Below, piece after piece: positions 63,611 to 64,000 of a stretch of 64,000 nt of DNA. A program made the position numbers and the translations under genes. The stretch's first letter is position 1; every line of letters begins with the position of its first letter. Source of the stretch: Octopus vulgaris (lineage: Eukaryota); the NCBI GenBank assembly GCA_951406725.2, contig OX597817.1, positions 102,176,001-102,240,000 of the forward strand. The letters run 5' to 3'. Under the pieces are notes generated by a model. The model saw nothing but the letters and a program-made list of their open reading frames with translations, was not told the DNA's origin and searched no databases.

Positions 63611-64000
63611 AGAATGGACATCTGGAAAAAGTAAATTCTGGCTGTGATGTATCATGTATATCTTAGTGTTCTCAGTCCTTAGATGGTGGCCATGCTTTGG
63701 TTTAATTGATTATATTGAGCCCAGTAATTATTTTATCAACCTCTAAAAGATGGAAAGCAAAGGGTAACTGGGAAGAACCTGAACTCAGAACTTGAAGGGA
63801 CATAAACAACACCACAAAATATTTTCCAAAGTTTTGCTGATTTCATCATCCAACTAACATAAACTAATTATCCAATTAAGGAATAATCGTTTTGGAACCA
63901 CTTCAAATCACGACAGGTACATCATCGATTTTCTGGATCCTTTGTTTCTAAAGACTTTCCAGATTACTATTTTTTGAAGAGGAGATGGTCACTTCTAAAC

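Overview
Eukaryotic, AT-rich, repeat-dense DNA. The repeat repertoire (tRNA-head SINEs, RTE/CR1/Tx1 LINEs, Penelope-like elements, huge (TA)n tracts) resembles an octopus/cephalopod genome; this is inference. No intact host protein-coding gene is supported. Nearly all long ORFs are transposon remnants, and the YIYI/CVCV ORFs are microsatellite artefacts. Contents: two Neptune-type Penelope-like elements (PLEs) plus a third 3' fragment, three RTE LINEs, two CR1-type LINEs, a Tc1 element carrying two nested piggyBac derivatives, a hAT remnant, a mariner (DD41D-like) element, a Gypsy remnant, many SINEs, and a ~1 kb local tandem duplication. Two things stand out. (1) Several unrelated hammerhead-ribozyme (HHR) motifs lie in (TA)n-associated non-coding elements. 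These include a ~491-bp retrozyme-like tandem+inverted array and a 294-bp perfect palindrome, both with unusually long helix II, and PLE pLTRs with the compensatory U3-A8 core variant. (2) Three ORF1-only (HAL1-like) Tx1/L1-type retroelements plus an opposite-strand RT fragment are stacked at one repeatedly duplicated 15-bp site inside a non-autonomous DNA element. All calls were made by eye; no searches or folding programs were run.
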